A stretch of 64,000 bases of DNA from Salinivirgaceae bacterium (GTDB taxonomy: Bacteria > Bacteroidota > Bacteroidia > Bacteroidales > SZUA-534): assembly GCA_024405635.1 (NCBI GenBank), contig JAKSOL010000002.1, forward strand, positions 128,001-192,000, read 5' to 3'. The notes under the pieces are model-generated. The model was given only the letters and a program-made list of their open reading frames with translations. It made no database searches and was not told the origin of the DNA. This document shows, in pieces, positions 10,070 to 19,759 of this stretch. The position numbers and the translations under genes were made by a program. Position 1 is the stretch's first letter. Each line of letters begins with the position of its first letter.

Positions 10070-11131
10070 CTATTTGTTTGTCCAATTTGCGTGACTGTAA
10101 TAATCTACGTTCTCTTTTATAATTATATCAATGGGACTGTAGTTATCAATCTGTTTTATCTCTTTTTGCCCAAGTAAATAGTTGAATAATAGCATTATGG
10201 CTTTATACGATTGCTCGTCGGGGCGTTGGTTAAGTAAATACGAAATGTTACCTTTTTTCAAATGGTCAATATTTTCGTCAATCAAGTCGTAGCCAATAAC
10301 GCAAATGTTTTTTAATCCTTGTGCCGATGCAAAGTCAGCAAACCTAAAGGCTCGTGTGTTGGGTATAAAAATGCCGTTGAATTGTTGCTGCTTAAGAGCT
10401 TGCCCCAACGATGCGTTTGGCTCTTGCGGGTCGCTCAAGTCAATTTCAAGTTCGGTAATGCGATAGTCGTTCCCAATTGAATTGCGGAATCCAGCAACGC
10501 GTTGTTCAATATGGTTTGAGAAAATCTTATGGTTCGATTGCTTAACAATAAGCACGTTGCGGCTTGTGTGTATGTCTTTTTGCATCAGTCGTGCGGCAAT
10601 TACACCACTTTGAAAAGCGTCTTGTCCAAAGTAACCAATGTTACCCGCATTGTTTATGTTTACATCAATAAACACAAACGGAATTTGTTGAGTGTTAAGA
10701 GTTTGAATAAATTGTAATGCTGCTTGCTTAAAAACAGGACAAAGCAACACTCCATCAAACTCGTTTGCTGGTACGCTTGCTAATACGTTTATAAACGATT
10801 GCTCGCTTGAGGCGTCAAAGTGAAAGATGTTAAAATTGGTGTTGTAGTTCGATAGCTCGGCAATGGCTAAGTTTATTCCGTCCATCGGTTTTTGCCAATA
10901 TGGGTTATTGTCTTGCGAGTCGGGTATTATTACAGCAAAACGCAAACTTTTTTTCATCGACAATGCTTTGGCTTGTAAGTTGGGCGTGTATCCTAACTCG
11001 TTTATAATCTGCATAATGCGGTTATGAGTTTCTGCATTCACTTCTCCGCGGTTATGCAATACACGATCAACCGTTCCTATTGAAACGCCAGCCAAAGTGG
11101 CAATGTCTTTAATGCTTACCCGTTTTTTCAT
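10070..11131 (-). CDS. LacI-family regulator of hexuronate cluster
   Basis: SIKDIATLAGVSIGTVDRVLHNR HTH plus periplasmic-binding-fold domain; ATG at 11131. Confidence 0.9.
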   Translation of the reverse strand: MKKRVSIKDIATLAGVSIGTVDRVLHNRGEVNAETHNRIMQIINELGYTPNLQAKALSMKKSLRFAVIIPDSQDNNPYWQKPMDGINLAIAELSNYNTNFNIFHFDASSEQSFINVLASVPANEFDGVLLCPVFKQAALQFIQTLNTQQIPFVFIDVNINNAGNIGYFGQDAFQSGVIAARLMQKDIHTSRNVLIVKQSNHKIFSNHIEQRVAGFRNSIGNDYRITELEIDLSDPQEPNASLGQALKQQQFNGIFIPNTRAFRFADFASAQGLKNICVIGYDLIDENIDHLKKGNISYLLNQRPDEQSYKAIMLLFNYLLGQKEIKQIDNYSPIDIIIKENVDYYSHANWTNK

Positions 11132-11137
11132 ACTTTT

Positions 11138-11164
11138 CGTTAACGTACACGGAACGCAAATGTA
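11138..11164 (-). promoter_or_regulatory. -7 promoter box (TACATTTG, 11157-11164) followed by a putative LacI operator (CGTGTACGTTAACG, 11138-11151)
   Basis: Consensus -7 box; CG-centred imperfect palindrome between promoter and ATG. Confidence 0.55.
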
Positions 11165-11280
11165 GCATTTTGTGTGAATGGTTGTCGAAAAAAAACAAAT
11201 AACTATAACGTGAAAATGCGTATAACTCAAATGCTAATTTTTGTGCATTTGTTATAGCTATTAAAGAAGTAAAAATCCGA

Positions 11281-11910
11281 TTAAAGGTCCGATAGGTTTA
11301 TTTTTTCAAATTTAAACCCAAGTTTGGTGTAATATTCAAGCACCAATGGTAGTGTATATTGGAGGTTTCGCGATGCTTTTTTTGAGTCGTGGAATACGAT
11401 AATTGAACCATCTTCAATATATCGTTTTACAAGACTGAAGCATTTTTCTGGTGCAATACGTTTATTGTAGTCTTCGGGCATAACGTCCCAAAGTACAATT
11501 TTGTAACCTTGGCTTAAAACGTATTTATATTGTTTAGGTGTTATTCGTCCGTATGGAAATCTAAATAGTTTGCTGTCAATGTATTCGCTAGCCAAAACCA
11601 CATCGTTTGAGTATTCGTCAAAACTCGATTTCCAACCATTTAAGTGGCTATATGTGTGATTGCCAACAGAATGTCCGTTGGCTAAAATTCTAGCATAAAT
11701 TTCAGGGTAATGATCAACATTTCGTCCAAGGCAGAAGAAAGTGGCTTTGGCGTTATATTTTTTTAACAAACAAAGCACCCAATCGGTAATTTCGGGAGTT
11801 GGCCCATCGTCAAAAGTTAGAAAAATGGTGCGTTCTGAAGTTCTTAACTTCCAATTGCATTTATCCATTAATCTACGCACAAATTGTGGCGGTTTGTTAA
11901 TTACACCCAT
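11281..11910 (-). CDS. Polysaccharide deacetylase (CE4/NodB)
   Basis: LTFDDGP, GNHTYSH, FRFPYG, IVFHDS motifs. Confidence 0.9.
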   Translation of the reverse strand: MGVINKPPQFVRRLMDKCNWKLRTSERTIFLTFDDGPTPEITDWVLCLLKKYNAKATFFCLGRNVDHYPEIYARILANGHSVGNHTYSHLNGWKSSFDEYSNDVVLASEYIDSKLFRFPYGRITPKQYKYVLSQGYKIVLWDVMPEDYNKRIAPEKCFSLVKRYIEDGSIIVFHDSKKASRNLQYTLPLVLEYYTKLGFKFEKINLSDL

Positions 11911-11927
11911 TGTTAAATGTTTTATAC

Positions 11928-11964
11928 AAAAAAAGTTGCCAATCGGTTTGACTAGCAACTTTTT
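11928..11964 (-). terminator. Terminator after tRNA-fMet
   Basis: AAAAGTTGC...GCAACTTTT inverted repeat. Confidence 0.6.
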
Positions 11965-11968
11965 GTAG

Positions 11969-12041
<73 letters not shown>

Positions 12042-12116
12042 ATATATGTCTTTAGAACTTCTATCGCGTTTGCGACTGCAAAAATACTCGTTTTTTTTAA
12101 AGCAACAAATAAAAAT

Positions 12117-12587
12117 TTACTGTTTTTGTGCGGTGCTTAATTCGGGGAATTTAATCTTTGATTTTACTACGTACGAGTCTGGGTATAAGCTTCTTATAAC
12201 GTGATAAAATGCATTTGCCTCACTTCGGCTCCTAAAGTCACCTACGCATAATTTAAAATACGGAGCTTTGTATTCGGAGTATATTCGTGCTGGATCAAAG
12301 TCTGGAAAGTTGTTTATAAATTTTTGGTTCACAATGTTCATTTGTGAGCGAGCGTTTTGTCCTGATCCGGAAAATATTTGTACCCTATAACCTGATATGC
12401 CGTCGTGTTGGTTGATGCGAGCGTATGCGTCAAGCATTTGATTAATGCGCCAGTCTTGGTCAATCGTAATTGTACCTTGTTCTTGTTTTTGGCTCTTTAA
12501 ATCGCCAACAAGTTCTTGGCTTTGGGCGTTTGTGTTAAGCGCTGCAAGTGTTAGCGCTACGCTTGCTACTATCAATTTAATGTTCAT
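12117..12587 (-). CDS. Secreted SPOR-domain protein
   Basis: Signal peptide; GYRVQIFSG...PYFKLCVGDFRSRSEA. Confidence 0.85.
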   Translation of the reverse strand: MNIKLIVASVALTLAALNTNAQSQELVGDLKSQKQEQGTITIDQDWRINQMLDAYARINQHDGISGYRVQIFSGSGQNARSQMNIVNQKFINNFPDFDPARIYSEYKAPYFKLCVGDFRSRSEANAFYHVIRSLYPDSYVVKSKIKFPELSTAQKQ

Positions 12588-12644
12588 AGTTAAAAATGAA
12601 ATTGCAGTTGCAAAGATAATAAAATACATCTCTGTGTTTTGAAC

Positions 12645-13541
12645 TTATAAGTTCGATGGTGGAGTTTGTGGCGATGGTTGTCGCAGTTTTGCTGCATTTT
12701 CACCGCATGCACGTCTAACGTATCGCGAAAAAGCTTGAGCCGTTGAAAAATTTAGTTCGGCAGCAATCTCTTTGCACGATAGTCGGCTGTGTCGCAGTAG
12801 GCACATTATTTTTTTTCCAATAGTGTCTTGTATTATATCTGACGCGGTTTTTGATGTGGTTGCTTTGCAAACTTTATTAAGGTGGTTTGGCGATATTTGC
12901 AACTTTTCGGCAAAGTATTGAACATCGCGGTGTTCTCCACTGTCTTGGGTTAACAATTCTTCAAAACTTTTAAATGTGCGTTGCAACGATCCTTGTTGGT
13001 TGTTTATGTCTGATTCAATATCAATTTGGTCAACAAAGCTGATTAGTAGTGACTTTATTAGCGATTCAATAACTTCGTTTGAATAGTGGTGCTCTTTACT
13101 ATTGATGTGAAGTCGCAAAAGTTCAAAGTAATGCTTGCCTATGCTCCAACTTTCGGGTGTTAATTCAAGCAAAGGTTGTTCTTCTAGTTTCATTATTCGA
13201 TTCCATGTTAGCAAGTCGTGTTGCATGCTTTGCGACATTAATATTTCTGAAATCATAATAATCTTCACTGTGCAGTCTGAGCTACATTGTGTGTCAGATA
13301 ATGTGGTGTTAACTGGCACATAAAGAGCGTGTTTGCTTGGAATTATAATAGGATTACCGTTGTATTTAATTTCAATCTGACCACTTAAGCATATAAACAA
13401 CATGGTGCAGTTGGTTTTTGTGAGTCCTATTTTTGGTATTGTAGGAAGCTTGTCGGCAAAAACAATGTCGCTGTTATAAAAGTCGGTATGAACATTGGAA
13501 GGTAGTATGCTCAATATGTTTGTTGGCGAAATTATGTTCAT
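12645..13541 (-). CDS. AraC-family transcriptional regulator
   Basis: C-terminal VQYFAEKLQISPNHL...KEIAAELNFSTAQAFSRYVRR double HTH. Confidence 0.88.
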   Translation of the reverse strand: MNIISPTNILSILPSNVHTDFYNSDIVFADKLPTIPKIGLTKTNCTMLFICLSGQIEIKYNGNPIIIPSKHALYVPVNTTLSDTQCSSDCTVKIIMISEILMSQSMQHDLLTWNRIMKLEEQPLLELTPESWSIGKHYFELLRLHINSKEHHYSNEVIESLIKSLLISFVDQIDIESDINNQQGSLQRTFKSFEELLTQDSGEHRDVQYFAEKLQISPNHLNKVCKATTSKTASDIIQDTIGKKIMCLLRHSRLSCKEIAAELNFSTAQAFSRYVRRACGENAAKLRQPSPQTPPSNL

Positions 13542-13754
13542 GGCGATTTGATTTATTTCGTTGTTGTTGGCAAAAATACTAATGATTAGCTTATGGCTAG
13601 CAGTTAATAGTTATCAAAATCAAATCTGTATAGTATAAAAAGGTGAATTTTTGACAATTGACATTTTTTTACGTTATCAACGTAATTTTTTTGGTGTTTA
13701 TTCGCAATAAATTTGCTTTTACTATCTTTAAATTTAGAAAAAAGTTGATTTTGC

Positions 13755-14390
13755 ATGGAGTGTAAGTTGTTTGTTTTTAATCCTTTACAAGAAAATACAT
13801 ACGTGCTTTTCGACCAAACTTGCGAGGCAGTTTTGGTCGATGCTGGTAATGCTACCGAGCAGGAAGATGAACAACTTCGCACTTTTATTAAAAGCAATAA
13901 TTTGACTGTTAAGTCTTTGCTGTGTACTCATTGTCATTTTGACCATATTTTTGGTGCACAAATGATACATGGAACTTATGCGGCGCCAATTGCATTTCAC
14001 GAGGGCGACGAATTGTGGCTCGATCGTTATGTTAGCATGTGCGAAATGTTTGGTTTTTTGAATCGAGGTGAGGCACCACGTGCCGATATTATATTGCATC
14101 ATGGCGACGAAATTAGGTTTGGAAATTCAACTTTGCGCGTGATTCATGTACCTGGCCATTCGCAAGCTTGCGTTGCTTTTTATTGCGAGGCTGATAATGC
14201 ACTGTTTTGTGGCGATATTTTATTTAAAGGCAGTGTGGGAAGAGCCGATATGCCAGGTGGGGACGCTAATCAACTAGTTTCTGAAATAAAAAGTAAGTTG
14301 TTGATTTTGCCCGACCAAACTTTAGTTTACAGTGGTCATGGACCAACAACAACTATAGGCTACGAACGTAAAAACAATCCTTATTTGTAA
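13755..14390 (+). CDS. MBL-fold metallo-hydrolase (glyoxalase II/YcbL-like)
   Basis: THCHFDH, PGHS, GDILF, SGHG. Confidence 0.9.
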   Translation: MECKLFVFNPLQENTYVLFDQTCEAVLVDAGNATEQEDEQLRTFIKSNNLTVKSLLCTHCHFDHIFGAQMIHGTYAAPIAFHEGDELWLDRYVSMCEMFGFLNRGEAPRADIILHHGDEIRFGNSTLRVIHVPGHSQACVAFYCEADNALFCGDILFKGSVGRADMPGGDANQLVSEIKSKLLILPDQTLVYSGHGPTTTIGYERKNNPYL

Positions 14391-14395
14391 CCAAT

Positions 14396-17300
14396 ATGCA
14401 AAACTCAGATTCAATACAATGCCATACATCGATTGTGCTGAACAATATACTGCACGAATTGCATGCTTGTCATTCTATTGACAAAGCTTTGCAGCATGTT
14501 TGTGGCATGTTGGTTGATGCTTTTAGCCAGCCACAATTGGTAGAGTGTCGCGTTTGGTATGATAAGGTGGCTTATTCAACTCCAAATTTTAATTCGCAAA
14601 GTGCCACACTTACACAAACTTTTAGCATAACCGAAAAATTAAAGGGTGGAGTAGATTTGTTTTATTGCGTTTCTAAAGACCAATCGGCTCCAAAATTTAC
14701 TTTAGATGAATATACGTTTGTAAACGATTTGTGTCAATTGCTTGAAGGGTTTGTTTCAACTTCAGAAGTAAAACGATTTTCGCTGACAAACGAAATTCAA
14801 ACCAAATCGCAAAAGGTTATGGGATTGGTTGACGATATTTTTAAAACCAACCGTAATCTTGACGAGGCGTTGGATCAAATATGTGGCATTTTGCCCACGG
14901 CTATGCGTTATCCCGCATCGGCAGCAGTGCGCATTACTTATGGCGGAAAAGTTCACTCAAACTGCCAGTTTGCCGACACTGTGTGGCATTTGCAACAACC
15001 ATTTGTGGCCGATAAGCAGCAAGGTTTGCTTGATGTTTATTATTTGCAAGAATTTCCGGTGGCCGATAATGGCCCGTTTCTTATTCAAGAACAACAATTG
15101 CTTGAGGGATTGGCTGGAATGTTAACTAGTGCGGCAATTCGCGATAGCTATTCTCGCTTGAAATATCAAAATAACGAGCGCGAAAAAGAATTGATGGCTA
15201 TTAAACGCACCACACAAATAGTTCAGTCGTTGCGTACAAAAGCCGAAACTTTGCAAGATGTTTGTAACATTTTGCCATTGTCGTGGCAGTTTCCTGATTA
15301 TACTGCGGCTCGCATTCAGTTTGAAAATCAAGATTATGCAACCGATAATTTTCGTGTTACTGAATGGGGGCAAAAAACTCAATTTGTTACAGTTGATAAC
15401 AAAAAAGGCGTAGTTGAGGTTTATTATTTAAAACAATTTCCCGAAGCTGATGAAGGTCCTTTTTTGAGTACCGAACGCGATATGTTAGCTTCTATAACGC
15501 AGTTGATTACTGGTTATTTGAATAGCTACAAGAGTACAAAAATTATACAACAAAAAGCGGTTGCATCGTCGCAAAAACACGAAACCGAAAACTTGCGAAA
15601 ATCGCTTTCAAAACAAACAAAGCCGTTGCAACAATATTTCAATCAACAAATGATTGAAAAGTACATGTATCTTGATATGATGAAGTTTAAAATCAAGCAT
15701 GTGCTATTTGTGTCAACGCTTTATGATGCGTTTTTGCTCGAAAACGACGACTCGTTTTTTGAGCGTTTTATGGGCGAGGTTTATCAATATGGATTGTTTG
15801 CCTTGCCGCGTATTACGGGAGTGTCAAGCAAAGAGGATGCCATTGAAATTATGAACGCTACACCAATTGATTTGGTAATTATTATGGTGGGCGTTGACCG
15901 CGAATTGCCAATGGAAATAGGGCAGGATATTAAGGCATTAAATCCTTCGGTGCCTGTTTATTTGTTGGTTAACAAACAAGAAGACGTTAGGTATTTCAAC
16001 GATATAATAACCACAACTCTCAGTTTCGACAAATTGTTTGTGTGGAATGGCGATGCCTCGGTGATTTTTGCAATGGTAAAATCAATAGAGGATGGCGTGA
16101 ATGTTGACAACGATACAAAAGTTGGCTTGGTGCGTGTTATTCTGTTGATTGAGGACTCGCCAAATTACTACTCGCGCTATCTGCAAATTTTGTATTCAAT
16201 TGTATTTGACCAGTTGCAGATTCTATTACCAGAGGTTGAGAAAAACGAGCTTAATAAAATTGCCAAAATACGTTCAAGGCCTAAAATACTACATGCTCGC
16301 AATTACGAGGAAGCTATTGCCGTATTTAATCGATACAAAGATTTCTTGTTGTGCGTTGTGAGCGATGTTGAGTTCGATTGGGGCGGAAGGCTTGATAAAG
16401 AGGCAGGAATAAAGTTTGTGAACTATATGCGCTCGCAAGTGTTTAGCGTGCCTGTTATTTTGCAATCGTCGGAAAATGTTGATATTCCAAATGCCGAAGA
16501 GAATAAGATTTTCTTTATAAACAAGAATTCTGAAACCTTGTTTGAAGACTTACGCAAGTATCTTATTCGTTATCTTGGTTATGGCGATTTTCTTTTCCGT
16601 ACAGGCGATGGCCGAAATATAGGAGTGGCGCGGTCGTTGCGCGAATTTGAAACGCTATTGCGTGAGGTTCCTGATGACTCATTCTATCGTCATGCCATAA
16701 AAAACCAATATTCAATATGGCTTATGGGACGTGGCGAAATTCAACTTGCACGCACCATTAACCAAATGCGCCTTGACGAGTCGAATAATGTGGCTCAAGC
16801 TCGACAGGAAATATTGGATGCTATTCAAACTTACAAGGAAGAGAAAAAGAAAGGTAAGATTTTGAATTACGACGAAACATCGACTATTGACGAGCATAAC
16901 ATTGTGAGTTTTGCCGGAGGTACAATTGGCGGCAAGGCTCGCGGTTTAGCATTTATCGATGTTCTGATTTATAACCTAAACCTTGGCGAAATTGGTAAAC
17001 GCATTAATCTATTAAGCCCAATTACGGTTGTGATTGGTACCGACGAGTTCGATAATTTTATAGCAACAAACCACTTGTTTGAAAAAGTGGTAAACTCAAA
17101 TACACCATACGAAGAAATTCGCAAGTTGTTTTTCAATGGTAAATTGTCCGACACTTTGGTAGCAAAAGTGCGCGAGTTTGCTAATCATATTAATACTCCA
17201 ATTGCAGTACGATCGTCGTCAATATCGGAAGACTCGGTAAACCAACCATTTGCAGGCGTTTTTGATACATACCTGGTGCCTAACCAAAAAGACGACAAAG

Positions 17301-18589
17301 AAAAGGTTGTAAAAAACCTTTGTGATGCAATTAAATTAGTATTTGCGTCGGTTTATTCAGACCAGGCGCGTGGCTATTTTAAAGCCATAAATCGCCAAAT
17401 TGAAGGCGAAAAAATGGCGGTTATTATACAAGAGTTAGTTGGTAGCCAGTTCGGTAACTATTATTATCCGCACATTAGCGGCGTAGCTCAGTCGCATAAT
17501 TTTTACCCAGTTGCCGATATGAAACCCGAAGAGGGTTTTGCTGTTGCAGCAATGGGACTTGGCTCGTATGTGGTCGATGGTTGGAAATCGTATCGTTTCT
17601 CGCCTCGCTATCCAAAAGTGTCAATGTACACAACTAAATCGTTGTTACACAATACACAAACACAATTTTACGCGCTTGACACAACTATGCAAGATGTTGA
17701 CTTTTTGGAGCATGGCGAACTTGCAGCGGTAAAATTGCTTGATACTTACGAGGCGGAAAAACATGGTTCAATGAAACATTTGGCATCGGTTTACGACGCA
17801 AACAACGATTCTATTTATCCCGGGCTTGATAAACCTGGTGCACGCATTATAAACTTTGCCAATATCTTACAATACAATTACATTCCTCTTGCCGAAACTA
17901 TCGACTTGATTCTTAATGCTGTGAAAGAGGCGTTTGGCTCGCCAGTTGAGATTGAGTATGCGGTAAATCTTAATAGAGGATTAAATGGACTACCATCGTT
18001 TTACTTATTGCAGATTAAACCATTGGTTGGCGCCGACCGCTCAAAATTTAATCCAAAACTGCTTGAAAATAAGGACGATATGTTTCTTTATACCAAGTTG
18101 TGTTTGGGTAACGGTGTGATTGATGATATTGAAGATGTGGTTTACATTGACAACGACAAGTTCTCAAAAATGGAAACCGTTGAAATGGCTAAGGAAATAG
18201 ATACCATTAACAATATAATGATTAGCGAAAAACGCAAATACATACTCATTGGTCCAGGTCGATGGGGAACTAGCGACCGTTTTTTGGGAGTTCCAGTCGA
18301 TTGGTCGCAAATTTCAAATGCGCGAGTGATTGTTGAGGAAAGCCTAGATAATTATCCGCTAGATTTTTCGCTCGGTTCACACTTTTTCCATAATGTAACC
18401 TCAATGAATATAGGTTATTTTGCTGTTCAAAGCTATTCTAAACAAAACTTTATTCGTTGGGAAGTGCTTGAAAAACAGGAGCTTGTGCGTCAAACTGCAC
18501 ATTTCCGCCATGTGCGGTTTAAACAGCCTATTAAGGTGATTATGGATGGTACAAATAAAGAGTCAGCAATTTTTTACAAAAATTTTTAG
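14396..18589 (+). CDS. Multidomain protein: 3 GAF-like repeats, degenerate REC, REC, PEP-synthase/PPDK-type ATP-grasp domain, C-terminal His motif
   Basis: Repeats with (W/M)x(F/Y)P..AxRI...VYYL..FP.AD.GPFL; ILLIEDS...VVSDVEF...ILQS...INK receiver; IGGKARGL, AVRSSSISED, PFAGVFDT, MAVIIQE, EIEYA, LLQIKP; GPGRWG, GSHFFHN. Confidence 0.8.
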   Translation: MQNSDSIQCHTSIVLNNILHELHACHSIDKALQHVCGMLVDAFSQPQLVECRVWYDKVAYSTPNFNSQSATLTQTFSITEKLKGGVDLFYCVSKDQSAPKFTLDEYTFVNDLCQLLEGFVSTSEVKRFSLTNEIQTKSQKVMGLVDDIFKTNRNLDEALDQICGILPTAMRYPASAAVRITYGGKVHSNCQFADTVWHLQQPFVADKQQGLLDVYYLQEFPVADNGPFLIQEQQLLEGLAGMLTSAAIRDSYSRLKYQNNEREKELMAIKRTTQIVQSLRTKAETLQDVCNILPLSWQFPDYTAARIQFENQDYATDNFRVTEWGQKTQFVTVDNKKGVVEVYYLKQFPEADEGPFLSTERDMLASITQLITGYLNSYKSTKIIQQKAVASSQKHETENLRKSLSKQTKPLQQYFNQQMIEKYMYLDMMKFKIKHVLFVSTLYDAFLLENDDSFFERFMGEVYQYGLFALPRITGVSSKEDAIEIMNATPIDLVIIMVGVDRELPMEIGQDIKALNPSVPVYLLVNKQEDVRYFNDIITTTLSFDKLFVWNGDASVIFAMVKSIEDGVNVDNDTKVGLVRVILLIEDSPNYYSRYLQILYSIVFDQLQILLPEVEKNELNKIAKIRSRPKILHARNYEEAIAVFNRYKDFLLCVVSDVEFDWGGRLDKEAGIKFVNYMRSQVFSVPVILQSSENVDIPNAEENKIFFINKNSETLFEDLRKYLIRYLGYGDFLFRTGDGRNIGVARSLREFETLLREVPDDSFYRHAIKNQYSIWLMGRGEIQLARTINQMRLDESNNVAQARQEILDAIQTYKEEKKKGKILNYDETSTIDEHNIVSFAGGTIGGKARGLAFIDVLIYNLNLGEIGKRINLLSPITVVIGTDEFDNFIATNHLFEKVVNSNTPYEEIRKLFFNGKLSDTLVAKVREFANHINTPIAVRSSSISEDSVNQPFAGVFDTYLVPNQKDDKEKVVKNLCDAIKLVFASVYSDQARGYFKAINRQIEGEKMAVIIQELVGSQFGNYYYPHISGVAQSHNFYPVADMKPEEGFAVAAMGLGSYVVDGWKSYRFSPRYPKVSMYTTKSLLHNTQTQFYALDTTMQDVDFLEHGELAAVKLLDTYEAEKHGSMKHLASVYDANNDSIYPGLDKPGARIINFANILQYNYIPLAETIDLILNAVKEAFGSPVEIEYAVNLNRGLNGLPSFYLLQIKPLVGADRSKFNPKLLENKDDMFLYTKLCLGNGVIDDIEDVVYIDNDKFSKMETVEMAKEIDTINNIMISEKRKYILIGPGRWGTSDRFLGVPVDWSQISNARVIVEESLDNYPLDFSLGSHFFHNVTSMNIGYFAVQSYSKQNFIRWEVLEKQELVRQTAHFRHVRFKQPIKVIMDGTNKESAIFYKNF

Positions 18590-18592
18590 TCT

Positions 18593-19246
18593 ATGATATA
18601 CGTTGGAATATTTGGTTCGCACAAAATGATGATTGATTGTATAAGCGCCTATGTGTCTGCTTTTTCAGAATTAAAAATCGTTACAGCCACATCCAGCAAA
18701 GACACTCTTTTTGATAAGTTGAAACAATATACCGTGCATGTTTTGGTAGTCAACCTATTTGAAATATCAACTTCGGAACAAAATTTTATAGTCGATTTGA
18801 AACTCAAATTTCCAAAGTTGAAAATAGTCTTGCTCACAAATGCAAACCGAAGCGAAGATGTGATTAAGTCAATCAAAGCTGGAGCAAATGGATTCATCAC
18901 TATGGGAGCTGGCGGTGAGGAACTTATTCAAGCAATTTACTCGTTGCGTAGTGGCCACGATTATTACGACAATTCAATTGCGCAGATACTGATGAACCGC
19001 CGAGCTAACGACATTGATAAAGGTATTGACAACGACGAGGAGTCTGCTGATGCTTTAAGCTCTCGTCAGGTTGAGATATTGCGACTATGGGGTAACGGAT
19101 GCAGTAACCAGGAGATTGCAGATAAATTGTTTATTAGTATTCGTACGGTTGAAACTCACAAGAACCACATTATGCAAAAACTGAACTTGAAGAGTACTGT
19201 TGATTTGATAAAGTTTGCTATTAAGAACAACATTATCAAAATTTAG
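18593..19246 (+). CDS. NarL/LuxR-family response regulator with atypical receiver domain
   Basis: Intact HTH LSSRQVEILRL...SNQEIADKLFISIRTVETHKNHIMQKL; receiver lacks the acidic pair, phospho-Asp and Lys. Confidence 0.88.
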   Translation: MIYVGIFGSHKMMIDCISAYVSAFSELKIVTATSSKDTLFDKLKQYTVHVLVVNLFEISTSEQNFIVDLKLKFPKLKIVLLTNANRSEDVIKSIKAGANGFITMGAGGEELIQAIYSLRSGHDYYDNSIAQILMNRRANDIDKGIDNDEESADALSSRQVEILRLWGNGCSNQEIADKLFISIRTVETHKNHIMQKLNLKSTVDLIKFAIKNNIIKI

Positions 19247-19274
19247 CATTCTTAAAGCATGATGTTAAAAGCAT

Positions 19275-19309
19275 AAAAAAAGCGCCGCTCAATTTTGAGT
19301 GGCGCTTTT
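19275..19309. terminator. Bidirectional terminator between LuxR gene and rpmE2
   Basis: AAAAGCGCCGCTC-AATTTT-GAGTGGCGCTTTT between convergent genes. Confidence 0.8.
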
Positions 19310-19338
19310 CTATTATGCTTTGTTGAGAAATAGAAATC

Positions 19339-19602
19339 TTACTTTTGTTTTTTCTCCATGTGTTTAGCATAGCGGTTGTTGAATTTGTCAACACGACCTG
19401 CGGTGTCAACCAATTTCATCTTACCAGTGAAGAATGGGTGAGATGAAGCTGAAACCTCTAGTTTAACCAATGGATACTCAACTCCGTCAATTTCTATCGT
19501 ATCTTTTGCGTTGATAGTCGATTTGGTAAGGGTAATTGTACCATTCGACATATCTTTGAATACAACAAGGCGATAATTGCTTGGATGAATGTCTTGTTTC
19601 AT
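19339..19602 (-). CDS. rpmE2: 50S ribosomal protein L31 type B
   Basis: MKQDIHP.NYRLVVFKD, SSHPFFTG, DTAGRVDKF; no CxxC. Confidence 0.96.
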   Translation of the reverse strand: MKQDIHPSNYRLVVFKDMSNGTITLTKSTINAKDTIEIDGVEYPLVKLEVSASSHPFFTGKMKLVDTAGRVDKFNNRYAKHMEKKQK

Positions 19603-19642
19603 TTTAATTTGTATTTAATAATTGTCTCTAAAAATAGGTTCG

Positions 19643-19650
19643 CAAAAGTA
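19643..19650 (-). promoter_or_regulatory. -7 promoter box (TACTTTTG) for rpmE2
   Basis: TAnnTTTG consensus about 40 nt upstream of ATG. Confidence 0.65.
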
Positions 19651-19759
19651 GTGTTTACTTTAACAATTACAAACATTTTAGTGTCAATAATTTGCTAATC
19701 TTGTTAAAGCGTTTTGCTTGTTGTGTAAAAATGTAAATAATTGAAATGTAGGTATTTGT

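Noticed and set aside
14396-18589. Annotation as true PEP synthase/PPDK (ppsA/ppdK)
   Set aside because: No C-terminal PEP/pyruvate TIM-barrel; the protein ends shortly after the His motif.
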